Below, piece after piece: positions 1 to 13,008 of a stretch of DNA of 64,000 nt. The notes under the pieces were generated by a model. That model saw only the letters and a program-made list of their open reading frames with translations. It was not told the origin of the DNA and did not search any database. The DNA is taken from assembly GCA_030167865.1 (NCBI GenBank), contig JALAGF010002905.1, positions 1 through 64,000 of the forward strand, in the 5' to 3' direction. The position numbers were made by a program, and so were the translations under genes. The DNA comes from Craspedostauros australis (Eukaryota). Positions within the stretch are counted from its first letter, which is position 1, and each line of letters begins with the position of its first letter.

Positions 1-143
1 TGGTGAAGGTAGGGCAGCATGATGCCATCGAGAATTTTTCGCACCCACCACCTGACACACAGCAAGCCAAAACGACATTAAAAATAAAGTTCATACAAAT
101 TTAACTTCGATATTCAGAATAAGCGATAGCCAAGCGTCCGAAT

Positions 144-169
144 NNNNNNNNNNNNNNNNNNNNNNNNNN
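144..169. other. Assembly gap (26 N)
   Basis: Run of N characters in the sequence. Confidence 0.99.
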
Positions 170-1010
170 ATATGGTGTCGAGATATAACATCATAAGCAG
201 TTGTTTGGATGGTTTTGGGCGTGCTCTATTTTAGTCTACTTTATCACGACTCATCACGAGTAAAACTCCACAACTAGTGTTATCGTGAACAGTTTACGGT
301 TTGGCGCAGGTCGTACTACTACGAGCAGAGTAGCATACGACCCTCGAGCAAAGTCGTAGAGTATGACAGCATCCTCCATTCTTTTCTACCATAGCTTGGA
401 TGTGAAGAATAATACATCTTCTACATGTATTTACTCGCCTTCTGAATCAATTCCAGGCTGCCGAAGTCAAAGAAAAGCATCCAAGATTGCCTGCTCTGCA
501 TGGCACTGCTAGCTTCTCTCAGAGTTGTACGAACGTTGGACCAGTGCAGTACAAACTGCATGAGATAGCGCGTGTACTTCGTGCACCTGCATCACAAATG
601 GTGAGAGAGGACGAATCAGGCCTGTCGGTATGTGAGGATCCCTTGCGCAGAGGCTATCGCATCGTCTCCACAACAGCATGAGGAACAAGGCAACGCCGAA
701 GTCGTGGTGTCTTGATCGAGTCATGCATGTATCTTTTGCGCCCAACTCGTGACCGTCAGTCACACACAAAACAGTCATCGAAACAAGAGAGAAAAGCACA
801 CACGAGAAACTTGGGGAGATGAGAGAGAAGGGCAGCTCCGACGCGAACTCCCATCACACCAACAACGAAGGCTGCCACACCAGAACACCCACAAGAGAGC
901 ATCACCGCCATCCCTCCCTTCGCCTTCGTATCTCCTGCTTCTGGCTCCTCTCCGGACGGGTTCCTGACGATACCATCGTCGACGCCAACATTACCGATCC
1001 TATCCTATCC

Positions 1011-1043
<33 letters not shown>

Positions 1044-1116
1044 ACATCAGCAACAACGGCAACAACGACGACACCAATAGAGAAGACCGGCAGCCCCTCC
1101 CGACCAACATCCAATC

Positions 1117-3046
1117 ATGCCCGAAGAACAGACGGTGCAAATCACCGTGAAGCGAAGCGGGAAGAAGAAGAGCGGCTTCGAGGTGGAACAGCACGAAGAT
1201 GGCTACTTTTACATGTCCAAGGTCCCCAAGCATGGCAGTCAGGGCATCGAGGTCGGCGATCGCGTCATGAACATCAACGGCACGCACTTTCTGGATTTTT
1301 CAAGTGAGAAGAAGGCCAACGACCTCTTTGAGACCTTCAAGCTCGAGGTGTGAGTGTCGCTGCGAGAGGAGGCAGACAGCCTATGATTGCTGCATCAATT
1401 ATATGTTGGCGCTTCCATGTTGGTGCTTCCATGTTGGCGCATCGGAAGAGAGCGGCAAAGAATGCTTCACTATGCTGGATACTCTGCGGCTATTTGCATG
1501 TGCATGATACTGGACTGGAGTCGAAGCGTACTGCTCTTCTCTGTGCCTACGAGTACTTCTATGATTGACAATCGCGTCCTCACCTCTCTTTTGCCACATG
1601 CTTGCGTGAACCGCCGCGATCACTTGTCCTACTTACTTTCGTTCCGTTTCGTTTCATACATCATGCATTTGAATGATGAATCGGCCAATCTACAGCGTGC
1701 CAGCTGAAGACGATGAGGAGGAAAGTGAGGACGAAAGTGAGGCCGAAAGTGAGGACGAAGAAGATGACAATGAAGAAGATGAGTCGGAGAGCGAAGAAGA
1801 GGAAAGCGTGGAGGAAGAGAGCGAAGAAGAGGAAGTTAGCGACGACGACGACAGCGCCGAAGAAGAGGAAGATAGCAGCGATGACGATGACAGTGGCGTC
1901 GTTGTAAGTTCATGTCTGCGAGAGTTGCGACTATTCTTTGCGCGAGACAGACGCCGCATGTTATCCCTTTGGCAATGCGCTGAGTTTACGACAAGATGGC
2001 ATGACGCAAACGCAGAAACAGAATCTCACTATCTCCACTTGCTTCTCGTTCACCATTCCTCGTTCGCCCTTCATCCACGATCGATGATTCTGCATCCAGG
2101 TTCAACGGCGTAAACCATCTTCCAAAAAGCTAGCATCAGGCACAAAGGCCAGTGTAAGTGAGACAGGAGATACGATTGACGACTCGCATGTGCTGCAAGA
2201 GGCCTACCGCTACGCGTCACAATTTCGATGCGTCGGTTCCTCCAGTGCGTTGGATCCATGTCAATGCGATGTGAGCAGGAGTGCCGCCGTCCATTCAATC
2301 ATATCTCATCATTCACTTTTCATCACGACTATTCTACCTCCACCAAATCTCACGATGATGTGTACGATCCTTCATGTGACACGTCGGAACTGCCCTGAAC
2401 CTGCTTTGTCTTGCTCAACAGGCACCTGCCTCTGAGAATTGGAGTGATTCTGAAGGAGACGAAGATGATGAGGAAGAAGAGGAAGACGAGGAAGAAGAAG
2501 AGGTAAGGCCTGCTGCCAAAAACAAACTATGTCTTGACCTGGACAGTGTTTGTTGTCGCGCTGTTTCAATCCCAACCATAATCAAGCATAATGAAATGCA
2601 GCAACTTCTCACACGCGAGCGCCCAATGTCCAATTACATCGATTGTGGCGCGGTACCTGCATCTACATCAATCCATCCATCTATTCATCCATTCGTTCAT
2701 TTTGCAGGAGGAGTATGTCCGCCCAACCGGGAGATATCAACCCATGGACAGATTCATGGTCACGGTATCCAAGGGCGAAGATCCATACGACCCAGGTATC
2801 AGCATCGCTGCATACAAGGGCGACTACTACGTCTCGGAGGTATCCGAACGTGGTCCCTTCTACTCCACGGCCATCGACAAGGGTGACAAGATTCTGTCCT
2901 TGAACGGAAAGAAGTCGAGAGACATTGAAAGTGTTGAAAATGCCATGCATCTGATCGACAGCAAGCAGAAGACGACCGTGTTCGTAATGAGACCGGATCC
3001 CAACATGGACAAGGGCTACAAATGGTTGATGGCGAAGTTCCCATGA
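1117..3046 (+). CDS. Tandem PDZ-like domain protein with acidic linker, 5 exons (1117-1349, 1696-1903, 2100-2153, 2422-2502, 2708-3046), about 304 aa
   Basis: Two PDZ-like ORFs (SGFEV..GYFYMSKV..IEVGDRVMNING and PGISI..DYYVSEV..IDKGDKILSLNG) join in frame through GTGAGT/GTAAGT/GTAAGT/GTAAGG donors and CAG acceptors. The spliced length is 915 nt with no internal stop. Confidence 0.8.
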
Positions 3047-3562
3047 GTTGGCGATGATGTGATGACGATGTTGATGGCGGAGTGCATGAAGCCAGCCATC
3101 AGGCAGCAGGCAAGTAGGATACTCCGCAGCAAAACGAAAAAGAAGAAAAGTGACGCCGAAGCCGAAGGAAATGCGTGAACTCTTCGAATCGTGTCATTTT
3201 GGTATGCTCACGAGCAAACGAGGAGTCTCCGGAACGCAAACGGTGGGAGGATTCATGGAAGTCTCCAAACTGCCATTGGTGTGATATCGTACGTACGTGA
3301 ACTATCACAGAAGATCGACAGGAATTCCGAAGGCATCGACCGCGGAGGATATCGCTCTTGGCAACGGAGCCATCCACTGCAGCATGTTCTGCAGTACTCG
3401 CACGTAGATTGTGATTGTCAAGAAGAGGATGGTCGCGACGAGAGCCACCTAATATCCAAGGTCCATGTGTTTCAAAAGTAAGATCTAGCATTGTAATGTG
3501 CCGCGTTGTCGATCGAGATGGGCAGATCCCGTACGTACGTATGGATCGGTTGTTCACCACAT

Positions 3563-4829
3563 TTAGAAGGTCCACCAGTTCTTCTTCTCCTCAACTGGCT
3601 CTGGTGCAGGTTCTGGCTTCTTCTTGTTGAAAAAGCCGAACGAACCGCTGCCCTTCTTCTTGAGGTCCGAATCATCTGGCTTTCCTCCCGGTCGTTGCCT
3701 GTTTCAGATGTGGGTCGCGTGTTGAGTTGAGTTGTGTGTGGATGTATTTGTGCAGCACGTGGCAGAATTGGTGGATACGGATCAACGAAGTGTCGTGTTG
3801 ATGGGGCAAGGAAGAATGAAGGGTGAGCAGGAGGTTCACGGGTGACTGCTGCTCTTGAATATCATGATGAATTCGGAATCGTCGCCATGCGCTGAAGAAA
3901 GGTGCGGATGCCAACGATTGCAACATCTTCGCAAATCAGATCTCCATCCGAGTACGCGGCATGGTACGACTTACATGTACGGGATCTCGGCTGCGCTCTT
4001 GACACTCTTTGGGTCGACTGGGAACAGGTTCTTTCCGCCAGCCTTTTGCCAGTCGGCGAAAGAGCGAGACTTGAAGGAAGTGATTCCGGTCTTTCCCAAG
4101 TTCTTGCCTTTGGCCTTCTTCTTCTCGGCTTCCTTCATCTTTGCCCACTGTGCCTTGCTCATTCCGCTGCGTGTCGAAGAGAAGTATGCGTGTCCGTATT
4201 TATTGGCACGAGTATGTGAGGTAAGGCGGAATCGGATTCACGGCGGCCGTATCATGGTTGTGCGGATATTTGTGTATTGGGTTGTTTGTTTGTTGTTTGT
4301 TCGCCGTATGGGGAATGAGAATGATGCCGTGTGCAATCACCACCAGGCGAGCATGGAGTATTGATGATAGCGGATGATGCATACATCACACCAGGTATCA
4401 TCAAGCAGTCGGCCGATGATTTTGGGTGAAGAATCGAGAGTGATGTGGAATGAGAGAATGCGGATGAATGAATGAATGAATGAATGAATGAATGAGTCAG
4501 ACCTGCGAGTATCGGAATGACATCAGGTGCAGACGAACACATGACGGATGGACAATGCATCACCTCACAACCATCTCTCAACGCTGAGCGGAATACTTGT
4601 GCTCCTTTCACACCAGGCGGCCTCTTGAGGAGTTCGATTTGGCAGAAGCATCATGCAACGCAGCGGCGAACAGCTGTACGTACGATGGGATGTACTCCAT
4701 GGTGATGGAGTTGCTGTTGGCAACGGACTTCATCTGGGATCCACCGAAGCTGGAGGCTCCAGAGAAGGCGGCAACTGGTGCAGCGAGCACCAGCACCGCC
4801 ACGATCATGGCAACAACGTTCTTCATCAT
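3563..4829 (-). CDS. Small, probably plastid-targeted protein of unknown function, 3 exons (4829-4684, 4166-3975, 3698-3563), about 157 aa
   Basis: Signal peptide ending VAA-FSG followed by a Ser-rich transit peptide. GTACGT and GTAAGT donors with CAG acceptors give a continuous frame: MEYIPSGMSKAQWAK..FKSRSFADWQK..IPYMQRPGGKPDDSDL..KKNWWTF*. Confidence 0.82.
4466..4493 (+). repeat. (GAAT)7 microsatellite in intron 1 of the plastid protein gene
   Basis: Perfect tetranucleotide run read directly. Confidence 0.9.
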
Positions 4830-5644
4830 GGTTGCTTGCTGCTGGTTGTTGTTGTTGTACTTTTTGAGTGTGGATCGGCGAGGATCGTATCTGTGTTTGT
4901 GATTGTGAGCTGTTGGGAGGTTGTCGGAGTTCGGCTGCGTTGTGCTGAGGTGCATTGCGGTGTATTGCGTGACATGGCGTTGCGTTGACTTCCCCAACAC
5001 GCCCCCAAATGCCTGGCTCTCGTGTTGCAAACAACGTGTTGGAACACGGTTTTCGGTGATTGTTCTTGTTGTGTCTGCGTTCGTTTTTGATGGGTTCTTG
5101 CTGACTTCATTCGACACGTCATTGCTCGGATTCCAATCATGCATAATCGTTCGATTTGGTCGTCTTTGGATTCAACGGACCGCTATGAACTGATTGACCA
5201 CATCGAACCACACGAATGCACTCCTGGACGACAACGTTCTTGAAGGCAAATCTTTGCCAACGCGACGCAACGTGTGACCCACCGAACACGGAAAGCCTCA
5301 CGAATTCGGTCACGAAGTCGTATCGTTGCTTTGAGGTTTCGTTTTCGTTTTTGTCGCCGCGGGTTGTGTGTTTGCGTGTGTTTGTGATGGCGGAGAGGCA
5401 CGAGGAGACCCGAATGTGCGCGCGAGAGAGAAGGGAGAAGCCAAGACAAGGGAGTGAGCGGCCCTGGCCGCGATCTTTCGCCCACGACATGTGGAGACCG
5501 AGAGGGTGAGGCTGGAAGCGTTGCGTCAGTGCGAATGTAACCACTACGCCCCCACTACACTGTCAACACCACAGCCACCACCAAAAACACTCCACCAACA
5601 CAACTTACAAAAACCAGTTCAATCCCAAAGTCAAAATCAACACC

Positions 5645-6521
5645 ATGAAGACCGCTGTCCTTGCCCTCCTCGCCGGCTCCGCCGCCGCATTCGCCCCCGT
5701 CCCAACTCAGAATGCCAAGACCACCGCCCTCAATGAGTGCATCAGCAAGGATGAGATCCTGAAGGAACCAAACACCATCGAGTTCGGCACCATCTGGGAT
5801 CCGCTCGGCCTCGCCGACCAGGGTTCCGAAGAGACCCTCGCCTGGTACCGCCATGCTGAGATCAAGCACGGACGCGTCGCCATGGCCGCCTTCGTCGGCT
5901 GGTGGGCTGTCGCCGCCGGACTCCGATTCCCAGGAGAGATCTCCTACGGAGTCGAGTACTCTTCACTCCCATCCAAGGGCCTCGAGGCCTGGGAGGCCGT
6001 CCCAGGATGGGGCAAGGCACAGATGCTCCTCTTCATCGGATTCCTTGAGTGGGGTGATGAGTACTTCCACTCCGCCAAGGGCGAGCACTACCTCCGTGGA
6101 GGAACCCCAGGAAAGGTACGTCCATAGTTCATTGGCGTCATTGTTGTGCATCGTTGTGTATTGCGCGATATAATAGTTGCTTGGCTCGGTTAGTTGTGTG
6201 CTGTGTCCTCCACCAACCGACAATCCAGCCACTACATGCTTGAATACCTCGAAACTCTACCTCAAACTAAATCTGATGCCTTGCCTTGCCTTCTTTGTTG
6301 TCAACGCTTCGCGTCACCCCCTCCCTTTGCATTTACAATTGCAGAACATGGTCCCAGGACTTTTCGACCCATTCGGTCTGTCCAAGAACAAGAGCGAGGA
6401 GGCCCTCGCCCGCGGCCGTGATGTCGAGCTCAAGAACGGACGTCTTGCTATGATTGGATTCATGGGACTCTGGGCTGAGGCCGCCATCGAGGGATCCGTC
6501 CCACTCCAGCCACCGTGCTAA
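5645..6521 (+). CDS. Fucoxanthin-chlorophyll a/c light-harvesting protein, probably Lhcq-type, 2 exons (5645-6115, 6345-6521), about 215 aa
   Basis: AAAFAP presequence, WDPLGL, helix-1 [28 protein letters not shown] and helix-3 ELKNGRLAM. Phase-0 GTACGT..TTGCAG intron. LHC identity is secure; the subfamily is inferred. Confidence 0.93.
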
Positions 6522-7251
6522 ACTTGCTGCATGGAGGAGGGTGACTCACCTTCCATACTAATGCAGCGTCAAGGCGCAAGTGCAACACGAGAGAACCCGG
6601 AAGGGACCTCTCACTGCAACGCAGCACCAGCCGCAATAGCAAAAGCAGCGGCGACATGCCTGCAGTGCAACTCATGCAACCTTCATTTGACTTCAAGCGG
6701 GTTGATGCGCGGAGAAATCTAGCTAGAGCGATGAAACTGATGTAATTAAACCGACACCATACACTTTTCTGCGAACCAAAGAACACATCTACAACCCCCC
6801 ACCTTCTACGTCTCGGCTTTCGTCAGTGTGGCGCTGGTCTGTTCCGCGCAGGAGCGTGATGATGTCATCGGATGATGGGCGAAGTGCTCCTTGTGGAGGA
6901 TTTGAATGCATGCAAACGAAGCCGCTTGGCGAAACTGATTCTTCAGCTCTGGAGGAGCATCTTTGCCCATGTCATCATCTCTTGTCTTCGTTGTCACGCG
7001 TGGGTATTAACCCTGTACTCGAACGTCTACCATATATACTATTCGGGAACAAGCAATGGAGAGCATCAATAGGTATTGCACACGGAATGCAACATCAACA
7101 CTCATATAGTAGATCGTCCGAATTCTACTTGCAATGCATGACATCTCCTCGCACCTGTGCCCAATGACAAGCCATCATCATGCCGGTGCATTGCTTTCCT
7201 CTCTCAATTGGTAGAGAGAAACAGAAATTAGGACTCTATTACTCTAATCGA

Positions 7252-7995
7252 TCAACTCTGCTCTGCCTTAGCGACGATCGACTTCGGCATACCTTCTGTC
7301 AGGAAATCGTAGTACGCCAGCATGCGTGCGATCACGCAAACCGACTTCCATTCAATCGTGCCGTTGCGTTCCGAGATCTTCACCATCTCCCGCCCATGCA
7401 GTTCCTTGATGATGTCCCACATGGATGTGTATCCATCCTCATCCTCCTCGGGATCCGGAAGCAAGCTTTCCATCAGGTCCAACGTCTCCGCGTCGTGGAC
7501 GATGAGGTCGGTGCCGACTAGACCTGGAACAGCACTGTCGCTTTCATCACCCTCGCTCATCCCAATCACCGTTCGGAGCTTGGCCCGCAGTTCGTCATCG
7601 ACCACGGGCGATCCGGTCTGTTCGGCCTCATCGTTGTCGTCTTCGGTCCTGTCCATGTACCCAGACAGCATCAGGTACATCAGCTCGTTCACGTCCGTCG
7701 ATGACACCTCCTCATCCAGCAGATCCTTCATGAACTTCCAACGATCGAACTCCTCCATGTCCACGAATCTCTGCACATTGATGTCTCCTGGCGATACCTG
7801 CAACGCCTCCGCACCATTTTTGTCGGAGGCGCTCTGCAGCAACGGCGACATCACGAAGTGCCGGCTGCGTTTTGACATCAACGTTGGAGTGAAGGACACC
7901 GTTCGTTCCACATTCTGTACCAGCATCAGCACGGCCATTAGTAAAAACGAGATGGATACGCTGCTTGCATCGCGCTTCATTATTCGTTGTGCCAT
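7252..7995 (-). CDS. Hypothetical protein, likely plastid-targeted (247 aa)
   Basis: Single ORF with coding-like codon use. A hydrophobic N-terminus is followed by TVS-FTP, a basic transit-like stretch and an acidic globular region. No family recognised. Confidence 0.7.
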   Translation of the reverse strand: MAQRIMKRDASSVSISFLLMAVLMLVQNVERTVSFTPTLMSKRSRHFVMSPLLQSASDKNGAEALQVSPGDINVQRFVDMEEFDRWKFMKDLLDEEVSSTDVNELMYLMLSGYMDRTEDDNDEAEQTGSPVVDDELRAKLRTVIGMSEGDESDSAVPGLVGTDLIVHDAETLDLMESLLPDPEEDEDGYTSMWDIIKELHGREMVKISERNGTIEWKSVCVIARMLAYYDFLTEGMPKSIVAKAEQS

Positions 7996-8434
7996 TGTCG
8001 TCGATCTGTCTCCGTCTCTCTCTCTCTCTCCCTCTCTCTCTGCGGCTCTTTGTGGAATCCTCAGCTGCGCTACGAGTATTATGTCGGAGTTGCAGATCGC
8101 GTGGATGATGAGCGAACGTGTGTGACGAAGTGGGGGTTTGGGGAGTGCCGACGTTTCGGTTTCTGCGTTTTCCTCTTTTCGTGCATTTGTTTCTTCCTAC
8201 GTCATCAACCGTGACTGAATCGAATCCTGCATGAGAATATGCATGTGTCATCGAGTGTAGACAACAGGTCCATCTCTCTCTGTGGAGGGAGAGAGAGAGA
8301 GCAACCACGGAGACCATGGTACATGCTCCACTCATTCATTCAGAAACTATCATACTTTGAGTACTCCGCACTCGATTGATATCGCGTGAATGTCCAAGAA
8401 TCATCCTCTAAACTGTTGTCACTTCTTCATCAAT

Positions 8435-11400
8435 CTACGTGCGAACTCTGGCATACTTTGACTTGCTGAGGTCGCGTCGTGCAGGCCAGGCCTGGAAATC
8501 GTGCTTGTCGATGTAATGCTCGTCGATTCCTCGGTCTGTTCCCCCGACCACGTACCGAGCGTCGTAGACAGCATCGCCATCGCCGCGTACCGTCACCTTT
8601 ATGATATGCGCGATGCCGCCGTTGACATCCTTGCCTGCCCACGCATGATTCTTCACCATAACGAGGTCGCCGTTCGCGAACTTTGGCTTTGCTGTCGTTG
8701 TCACTGCACCATCCGCATCATTGGCTTGCTGCGCTTGGATCTGCTCTTGTGCTTGTGCCTGTCCTTGCTTCTTTTGTGGCGCTGGAGGAAGTCCTGTTGA
8801 TGGTGAATCGTTGCACGTTTCGCCCTTCATGTTCGTGTTCGGGCAGGCTGGACAGATCCAGCGTTGCATGCATTCTGCGTCCTTGCGACTCAATCCGACG
8901 CATTGCGCAGCGACTTCGTACCAGGATTGACACGTGTCGCATTGGATCCAGAATGGCTTGTTCTGACCATCGCTGTCGTGTCGCACGCCGCAGACGCATC
9001 CCAACCAGGCATTGTTGTCGTTCTTCCACTTCATTGCGTACCCAACTGACGAGAGCGATGAGTGGTTGGAATTGTTCGAGGGGCTTGGCGACTCGAGCTT
9101 GGCATTGGCATCATCGTCTATGCCATCGTCAGATTCTGAGATGGCCTTGCTTGCGTCAAGGTTATCGTCGCCAAAGCTGTTGCCAAAGCTATTGACCATA
9201 TTGGTGTGGCTGTGGTTGAAGTGGATGTCAACCATATCATCTGTGGTTTTGCCGTCCACATCATCCTGCTGGCCATCAGTCTTGCGGTTTGTGCTTGTGC
9301 CCATGTCGCATTCACCACCAAGTCCGAGGCGTTCGAAGGCGGCAACTGTTGGCGAGTCAGGATCACTCGTGTGCCGTCGCTCATCTAGCGTATATTCAGT
9401 GGAGGGCAGGAGCACACCACCGTTTGTCTGACTGTCTTGTGGGTGAAGTTGGCATGCACTCGCGTTGCTACCGTCCGCTTGACGTGCATTCCGCAATTCA
9501 TCAGCCACCAACCCTCCAACATCTTCCCAGCGCTGCCGTTGCCGTTGTTGACGAGTCGGCCGCAACTGATCTCCTTCATCATCGCTGTTGTGAACATGGG
9601 TGTGGGCATAGGCATGGTCGTGCTTGCCGTTGCCGATCTCGAACCAGTCAATAATGCGTTGATCGTTGCTCGCCAGATCCATCAGACGCAGCTGTTCTTT
9701 CTCTTGGCGTCTCTGTCGGTTTTCCTGAAGTTTGCTGAACCTGAAGCGAGATACGACCAGCGTCATCGTTGCGCAGGAGATCTCAAATTCAATGGCTAGT
9801 CCGTGCTCCGACATGTTGCCAACCTCCTTTCCATTCACCGATAGAATCATGTCATTGGGCCTCAATGCGGCCTGGCGGTTGTTGGTATCCGCCGCGCCTG
9901 CCAAGTAGGTCTGCGACGATTGAAGAAAAAATGAGCGAGGACGGATAGAGTACATATGAGCAAGATGCGCGGGTGTGTACGGTAAGCAATGCGCGGGATA
10001 GTGGCAATGATGGAAGAGGAGAAATCGCACAAGCAGTGAAGATCGCATGTGAGTCAACAACAACCAATCATGAAGACACACGACACAGGACACACGACGC
10101 AAACCAAATCATACCCCACGCGAACCCAACGAAGTCTCGATACGCCTCGAGCTCGGTTGCTCTTGTCCTCAACTCAACCCAGGTCAGGTCAACTCACCGC
10201 TGAACTGGCCGGTGATATAGGATCCACAGACGCCACCAAGCACGCGTCTCCAAATTCATGCTGATGCACCGCAAAACCCCATGGTCGCAGAGCTCGCTTA
10301 TCACGCGTCAGGACGATGACATCCAAACCTTCAGACGGGGTGATGTGCGACTTGGCGTAATCCATGTCGGAACGAAACGGGTTTGAGTTGAAGCGTTTGG
10401 AAGTGACGAAGACGGTGTCGTGATGATCCATTCCGATGGTGTCACCGAAGAGAACCACGTCGCCATCTCGATGACCGAAACGACCCCACGGATCATCATC
10501 CAAGGAAACCCATCTCGATTTAAGCTTCTTGAACTTGGTACTCGTAGTCTTTGCGGTCGATCGCAGCAGTGACGACGACGACTTAGAGAACCTCGATTTG
10601 CTGTGGGTCTTTCGTCGGGTATTTTCGTTGGTTTCATCCTTGCGACGTTTGAGTGCAGTTTTGGGAGCACTGCGCGCGATTTGAATTGTCGCAATGCGCC
10701 CTCGCTTCTGCGCTGGACGGTAAACGGAGCCATCATCTTCGTGGGCATCAAGATCTTCGCTTTCACTGCCGTCGTCCGGACCTTCATGGTTGCTTTCATC
10801 GCTTGGAGTGCCGGCGTCGTCACCTGGGCAACGGCGCTTGGATGCTGGGGTACGCGGACGTGTGGTCTTCTTCACGCTCCCGCCGGATTTGCGGGATGGT
10901 GTTGACTTTCGCTTTCTGGCACTGTCACCGACCTTGCGTGAGCTTGTTCCAACCGTTGCCCGGCCCGTTTGTTTCGGCTTCGATTTACGTCGATTCGCGA
11001 CACTCTTGCTCGTCCGTTTGGATGTCGCGGACTTGCGATGCCCCGCCTTGGTGTTGTCATCGTCACCATCATGTTCATCGCTTGGCTTTGATGCATTGGC
11101 GTCGTTGCGTTGGAAGGTTCTCTGCATGTACCACCGTTGCAGCCGTTGCTGGTTCTGGATGCAGGCCTTGTTGTGGCGAGGGGCGGCCATGGGAGATGAT
11201 CCTTCGTTGTTTCCTTTGTTGGATGCGGCAAGCGACCGTCCCGTCTGGTATTCTCGCTGACATGTCAAGCAACCATGATCCGCCATGCCCTGTTGGATCC
11301 GCTCCAAGATGTGTACTGCCCCGGATGATCGATGAGCGGGGTTCTCGGGACACCATGCATGATGGAATCTTGGCTTTGGATGCTGTTGTACTCCTGACTT

Positions 11401-13008
11401 CTTGCTCTTTCCAGCAGCAGCAGCAGCGGCGGCGGCGGCTGCCGTGCCGTTATGAATGTACTGGCAGAGCTGACAGAACGGGACGATGCTCGGATTGGTT
11501 TGCATTTTCTTGATGGCCTGCTTCTTTTTGGTGCTCGGTGACTTCTTGCCTTTGGTACGAATAGGAGGACACTCGGAATTGTCAAAAATGCTTGGTGGAT
11601 TGATGCGCCGTTTGCGTCGTTCCTGATGCTTCAATTGCAAGTGCTGGTGGTCAGCTAGCGCAGGTGTTTTCGTTTGCGGGAGATGGGTTTGGGGTGGTGG
11701 CGTGCGACTTTCATCCGCTAACGTAGTCTCGATGTCTGCGCGCAGCTGAACGACCCGGGGACGTCGGTTCTGTTTCTGCGTTTGCATCTGCCGATGATGG
11801 CGTTGGTGATGCTCAGTGGCGATCGGGTTGGTAGTGTGGACAGTGTGTGCTGCGAAGGCGAGGCCGTTGTTGTCGTTGTTGCGATTCGAGGGAGGCTTGG
11901 TACGTTGTCTCAGTTGTTCTCTCTGATTTCTTTCTTGTCCAGCTGCGGGCACGGCTAGAGCTACTGCGCAAGCATCTTGATTGAATCGTGGCGTTGTCTG
12001 GGCCTTGGTTCTCCGATCCGTTGGACGCATGCGCGAACGAGGGTCTGATGAAGGCATTGTTGGAGACGTTAGCTGATGTGCAGTCGCTCCCATATGGTTG
12101 CCACATGGTGGTTGGATATCAAGCTTGGCATCCAGCGATTGCTTTGGTTGTTGAGTGCCAGCATTTGGTGGATTGGGCTGAGCCTGCTGGTTGCTTCGAT
12201 TCTTTGCTTGGTTGGTTCGTTGTGCAACCGTCGGTCTCGTGACGCTGCTGGCACTCTTGCCAGTAGTTCTCAGCGGAGTCTTGGTCGCCTTGGTGGGCTG
12301 CTTCTTGCTGGGCTTGGTGCTGTTGAGACTCTGAGTTCGACTGCCGAGTAAATGTAGGTCAGAAGCAGGATACCGCAAGTCGTCCATGTTCTGGGAAAGA
12401 AGATGGAGGGTTTGTGTGGCAGGAGATGGCGCAGCGGGAGAAGGCTGCTGATGTTCATTGGGTTTCTTCGGGGAGGAAGTTCGCGGTGTGACTTCATCCT
12501 TTTGCTTGGGAGGCGACTGCGGCAACGCCGGTGATGGCAATCGCGATGACGCGGGCAACGGTACAAGCGACGCGAGCAACGATAGAGCAGCATTGTTGGA
12601 GACGGGCCGGGAGCCGTGTTTCTTGTTGTCACTGCCAACACCGCTGCTGTTGCCGCTGCTGTTGTTGTTCTTGTCGGTCTTGCATTCTTCGTCTGGAGAG
12701 TCCAAGAGGCTGATGGAGTTGAATTCCTCATAATCCTCCTCCTCTTCCACCACCTCGTCGTTATCGTGGTTCTCATGATGAGCTTCTTGCTGCGAAGTGT
12801 CTGCAGCCACCTTCGTCAATGGTTTCGACCGATGACTTGTCGTGATTGCTGCCCGCTGATCGCTTGCCACGCCGGTTGCCTTGCCGATGTCCAAGATGGT
12901 TGCCGAATCATCGTCATCGTCATCGTCGTCGCCATCGCCGTAAACTGGAAGCTGCTCATGATGATCCATGCGACGTGATCCTCCGTGGTTGACTGTTCCT
13001 TTCGTCAT
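8435..13008 (-). CDS. Large, probably nuclear protein: disordered N-half, PDZ-like domain, PHD-like finger and C-terminal Tudor-like domain; 2 exons (13008-10198, 9910-8435), about 1428 aa; start uncertain
   Basis: A phase-0 GTGAGT..CGCAG intron splits a PDZ domain (PWGFAV..CLVASVDPISPASSA|TYL..LRPNDMILSVNGKEV). PHD-like CVCG..WIQCDTCQSWY..CVGL..WICPAC. Tudor-like FANGDLVMVK..YDARYVVGG. Many basic NLS-like clusters. Confidence 0.78.

Noticed and set aside
1-480. AT-richer sequence around the assembly gap as a transposon end
   Set aside because: No terminal repeats, target-site duplication or transposase/RT ORF visible.
1351-1353. In-frame TGA after the first PDZ domain as a stop or selenocysteine codon
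   Set aside because: It lies inside a GTGAGT splice donor, and splicing restores the frame.
5116-5121. TGACGT (bZIP/aureochrome-type site, minus strand) in the divergent promoter before the LHC gene
   Set aside because: A single hexamer is expected by chance about every 2 kb, so it cannot be supported alone.
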